This document shows, piece by piece, positions 9,044 through 11,241 of a stretch of 11,241 nucleotides of DNA. Below the pieces are notes generated by a model that was given only the letters and a program-made list of their open reading frames with translations, was not told the DNA's origin and ran no database searches. Made by a program: the position numbers and the translations under genes. The first letter of the stretch is position 1, and each line of letters begins with the position of its first letter. Source of the stretch: Paramicrosporidium saccamoebae KSL3 (Eukaryota; Fungi; Cryptomycota). The stretch spans positions 1 to 11,241 of the forward strand of contig MTSL01000039.1 of NCBI GenBank assembly GCA_002794465.1. The letters are read 5' to 3'.

Positions 9044-9208
9044 ATGCTAATGCTGGTGATGATTTTCATATTGCTATTGTTGATCAAGTTCTTCAATTTC
9101 CTCTCCTACAGAGCTCGCACACGAAAAGTATTTCTGAAAACTGAAACCATTGAGCCTCATCTGGACCCTGAAAGACACGTCTTTGGTGCTACTTTGAAGA
9201 AATACTGA
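9044..9208 (+). CDS. Possible 54-aa small membrane/secreted peptide (uncertain)
   Basis: MLMLVMIFILLLLIKFFNFLSYRARTRK...; TATTTATA at 9012-9019 lies 32 nt upstream, close to the 34-nt spacing at the two large genes. It could instead be the antisense shadow of a decayed minus-strand gene. Confidence 0.27.
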   Translation: MLMLVMIFILLLLIKFFNFLSYRARTRKVFLKTETIEPHLDPERHVFGATLKKY

Positions 9209-9516
9209 AAATATTGGTTACTTTTCTGGTAGCTCGACGACCATCTTAGAAGGCGACGATGTTGAAGATTGGTGCACTGGAATTGTAGGCGCGATTGTGG
9301 TACTTGGAATTCTCATAGCTCTCCGGCATGGCAGGAACGAAGTAGTTACTCTTGACGTGGCAGCTGGATGGATAGCGCTAGGACTTTGGTATTGGCCAGC
9401 CCTTTCGTCTCTCTCTGCAACAGGTCGTTCTACGATATGTGCTGACACACGGGAGGCATGCACGACAGTCAAAAGCGCGGGGAGGATCAGTATTCTACGT
9501 TACACGTGGGCATGAT

Positions 9517-9580
9517 GTAAGTTGCAAGGGAAGATCTACCAGGCTCTCTTTACCGAGGTATGTGGAATGCTGATTTGTAG
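9517..9580 (+). other. Two candidate spliceosomal micro-introns (9517-9542, 26 nt; 9558-9580, 23 nt) flanking a 15-nt micro-exon
   Basis: GAT|gtaagt...ctaccag|GCT and GAG|gtatgtggaatgctgatttgtag|GTC: consensus donors GTAAGT and GTATGT, YAG acceptors, and a CTGAT branch-like motif in the second. The parent gene could not be reconstructed. Confidence 0.4.
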
Positions 9581-10534
9581 GTCCCGCCCCCCGATATAGG
9601 GAGAATGAAACTTGTGTATCCATGGGCTTGACGCTGCGGTGCACGTGGCTATAATGTCATGGGAGTTGGACTGCAGAGGGTTTTAGCACCTGTGGTTGCT
9701 GAATGTCGTTGATGGCTTGTTAAATATGCGGTTGTATGGGAAGAATAGATGGCAGTCAAAGGCATGGCGAGAGTCACTATTCTCCGTCACATGTGGAGGA
9801 ACAGTGTCTTCAATGTGCACATGCAAACAAGCTGCAGAATAGGCTCTACCGAGCTCTCATTAATGAGAAGTTTATCGCCTGTCGAGTCTTTAAGCAGAAC
9901 GACGCAGTAGGGCACAGACTGTTGAGGACCCCGAGGCCTTCAAATCGGCAAGTGTGCAGATAATTGGTGGGCTGCACCAGAACATTTCAAGCATCTACAG
10001 CAGTGTACTGACTGCAGATGTTCGAAATTCCTGGTGTGGCAACATAACATAGTTGTGATATAGCGAAGTGAATAAGTGGATCAATGTGGGGGTACAAATT
10101 GTTTAAACTATCATCAGAGTGCGTGGAATGGACAGAACGACAGACGTTGTCAATTATGTAAGTAAAGTTGGGCGGGACTGAGGGAATCATGTGACCTCTG
10201 AAGTGAATGAAAAAGCTGATTCTATGATAATTTTTCACCACACCTCGCTGAAAGATCCTGTGTAGGGGGATAGGATGACGTGAAGTTTGAAAAGTTGAGA
10301 TTTTGTAATAGGTGGATAAAGGAATGAGTAAAGATTGATTGAAGGTGGGAATAAGATTGCAAGTGCTGTTGGATCGCGTGGAATTGAAGGTGGAGGGCAG
10401 GAGTGGGAGAGAATCCCAAGACATGGAGACTCGGGCTAAGCGGAGGAGAGAGGTGAAAATGTGGTGGGAGCGTGTAGTTGGTTATGGTGAACGCTTTAAA
10501 GACGAGATAGCGAAAGTGCGTATTGCTGGACCGT

Positions 10535-10686
10535 TGTGGTTGACACGGACTAACGCCCATGTCAATCACTATGACTAATCGGCGTTGCCTGAGTCATGAC
10601 TAATAAGGCTAGTTCAGGCTGGCTATAAAAGATCACCCTCAGGGTCGAATAAAAAACCTCTACTACTCGATCCCACTGCAAGCACA
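10535..10686 (+). repeat. Putative 5' LTR (start uncertain: TGTGG at 10535 or TGTCA at 10560)
   Basis: Ends in ...GCACA just before AG+PBS; contains TATAAAA (10624-10630) and AATAAA (10648-10653); base composition changes near 10530. The partner LTR is not in the window. Confidence 0.55.
10572..10630 (+). promoter_or_regulatory. LTR U3 promoter: AP-1/Gcn4-type motif cluster plus TATA box
   Basis: TGACTAA 10572-10578, TGAGTCA 10590-10596, TGACTAA 10597-10603, TATAAAA 10624-10630. Confidence 0.45.
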
Positions 10687-10688
10687 AG

Positions 10689-10706
10689 TGGTAGGGGCGA
10701 AAGGTT
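10689..10706 (+). other. Primer-binding site complementary to an initiator-type tRNA-Met 3' end
   Basis: TGGTAGGGGCGAAAGGTTTC shares TGGTAG and GGTTTC in exact register with the complements of yeast (TGGTAGCGCCGCTCGGTTTC) and human (TGGTAGCAGAGGATGGTTTC) initiator tRNA 3' ends. Confidence 0.7.
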
Positions 10707-10712
10707 TCAAGG

Positions 10713-11221
10713 ATGGACTCGACTCACCAAGCATATCCTGTGCGCACTTCTCCAACATCCAACCTTTCCACCTTCTCGGGCTTGCCTGGAGAAAGCTGGG
10801 AACAGTGGAAGGCTACTGCTTCATTGCATCACACTCGATGCTCAAATTGAAGTAGCCATATCCTACCTCCGCGGTCCAGCACTTCAGTATGCATGTGCTC
10901 ATCTCAGGGTGTACCCCAAGGACTCGTGGGTACAACTCGCAGCCATACTGGACGTAAAATTCAACCGCCCAATGGATCCTGTCCCGTGGTGACACAACAA
11001 CCTACGTACAGGAACTCCTTATCGTGACACTTCAAGCGAGAGCCCTTTTTATTAAATATCGTCTCCATTTATGGGGCAAGACTCACCATCAGATCGTGGC
11101 GTCCAATGGGAGTTATTGGGCCCTAAACATAGCGAGTTGGCTCACCATGTCTCACCCAGTACAAAAATTTTCAAGCGCGAATCGGCCCAAAATGCAACAA
11201 CTGGGGCGATGCCATTTATAG
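10713..11221 (+). pseudogene. gag: Frameshifted retrotransposon gag (capsid domain)
   Basis: Three successive frames carry the motifs in the expected order: TFSGLPGESWEQWK (10770-10811); after a +1 shift near 10812-10828, QIEVAISYLRGPALQY...DSWVQLAAILDVKF (to 10962); after a second +1 shift near 10975, GDTTTYVQELLIVTLQA. These match the Gypsy Gag pattern F.G......W / a..yL.G.A..W / W..l...L...F / g.sv.eYv.eF. Confidence 0.8.
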
Positions 11222-11241
11222 TGGACAGGGAGGGAAAGATC

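Larger units (their letters stand above)
10535..11241 (+). mobile_element. 5' portion of a decayed Ty3/Gypsy-type LTR retrotransposon (continues beyond the window)
   Basis: Canonical order: LTR-like segment (TG...CA, TATAAAA 10624, AATAAA 10648), 2-nt spacer, PBS starting TGG at 10689, then a gag-like ORF from ATG 10713. Confidence 0.8.

Noticed and set aside
8299-9115. Recurring CTA(C/T)AGAGCT (YRA) near 8300, 8507 and 9106
   Set aside because: Only 10 nt, irregular spacing, and flanks do not align; insufficient for a repeat array or CRISPR.
8060-9520. Stop-codon reassignment or readthrough as an explanation for the broken frames
   Set aside because: The breaks include TAA, TAG, TGA and frameshifts; both long genes read normally in the standard code.
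10339-10393. TTGAAGGTGG direct repeat at 10339 and 10384
   Set aside because: Two 10-nt copies in low-complexity purine-rich sequence; plausible by chance.
11180-11241. KCNNWG as a Gag CCHC zinc knuckle
   Set aside because: Second Cys, His and last Cys are absent and the window ends; cannot be supported.

Overview
Compact eukaryotic DNA, probably an early-diverging fungus or Rozellomycota/microsporidia-like parasite (inferred from intronless genes, short intergenic spaces and TATA boxes only 34 nt before the ATG). The left two-thirds hold a head-to-head pair of large genes that both begin with a signal peptide. (1) A minus-strand ORF missing from the supplied track because it runs off the window edge (4155 to <1, at least 1385 aa, no stop). 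It encodes a signal peptide, two tandem ~371-aa Cys-conserved repeat units and a C-terminal alpha/beta-hydrolase of TAP-like (peptidase S33) type with an intact Ser-Asp-His triad. (2) A plus-strand 864-aa protein (4728-7322) with short ankyrin-like repeats and a compositionally distinct helical/hydrophobic C-terminal module. The 572-bp divergent spacer contains a 71-bp, 89%-identical inverted repeat. About 7.4-10.5 kb has no confident gene, only interrupted coding-like fragments and two candidate micro-introns. The right end is the 5' part of a decayed Ty3/Gypsy-type LTR retrotransposon: LTR with TATA and AATAAA, an initiator-tRNA-type primer-binding site, and a gag broken by two frameshifts. 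No rRNA, tRNA or CRISPR array was seen. All homology statements come from motif recognition by eye; no searches were run.
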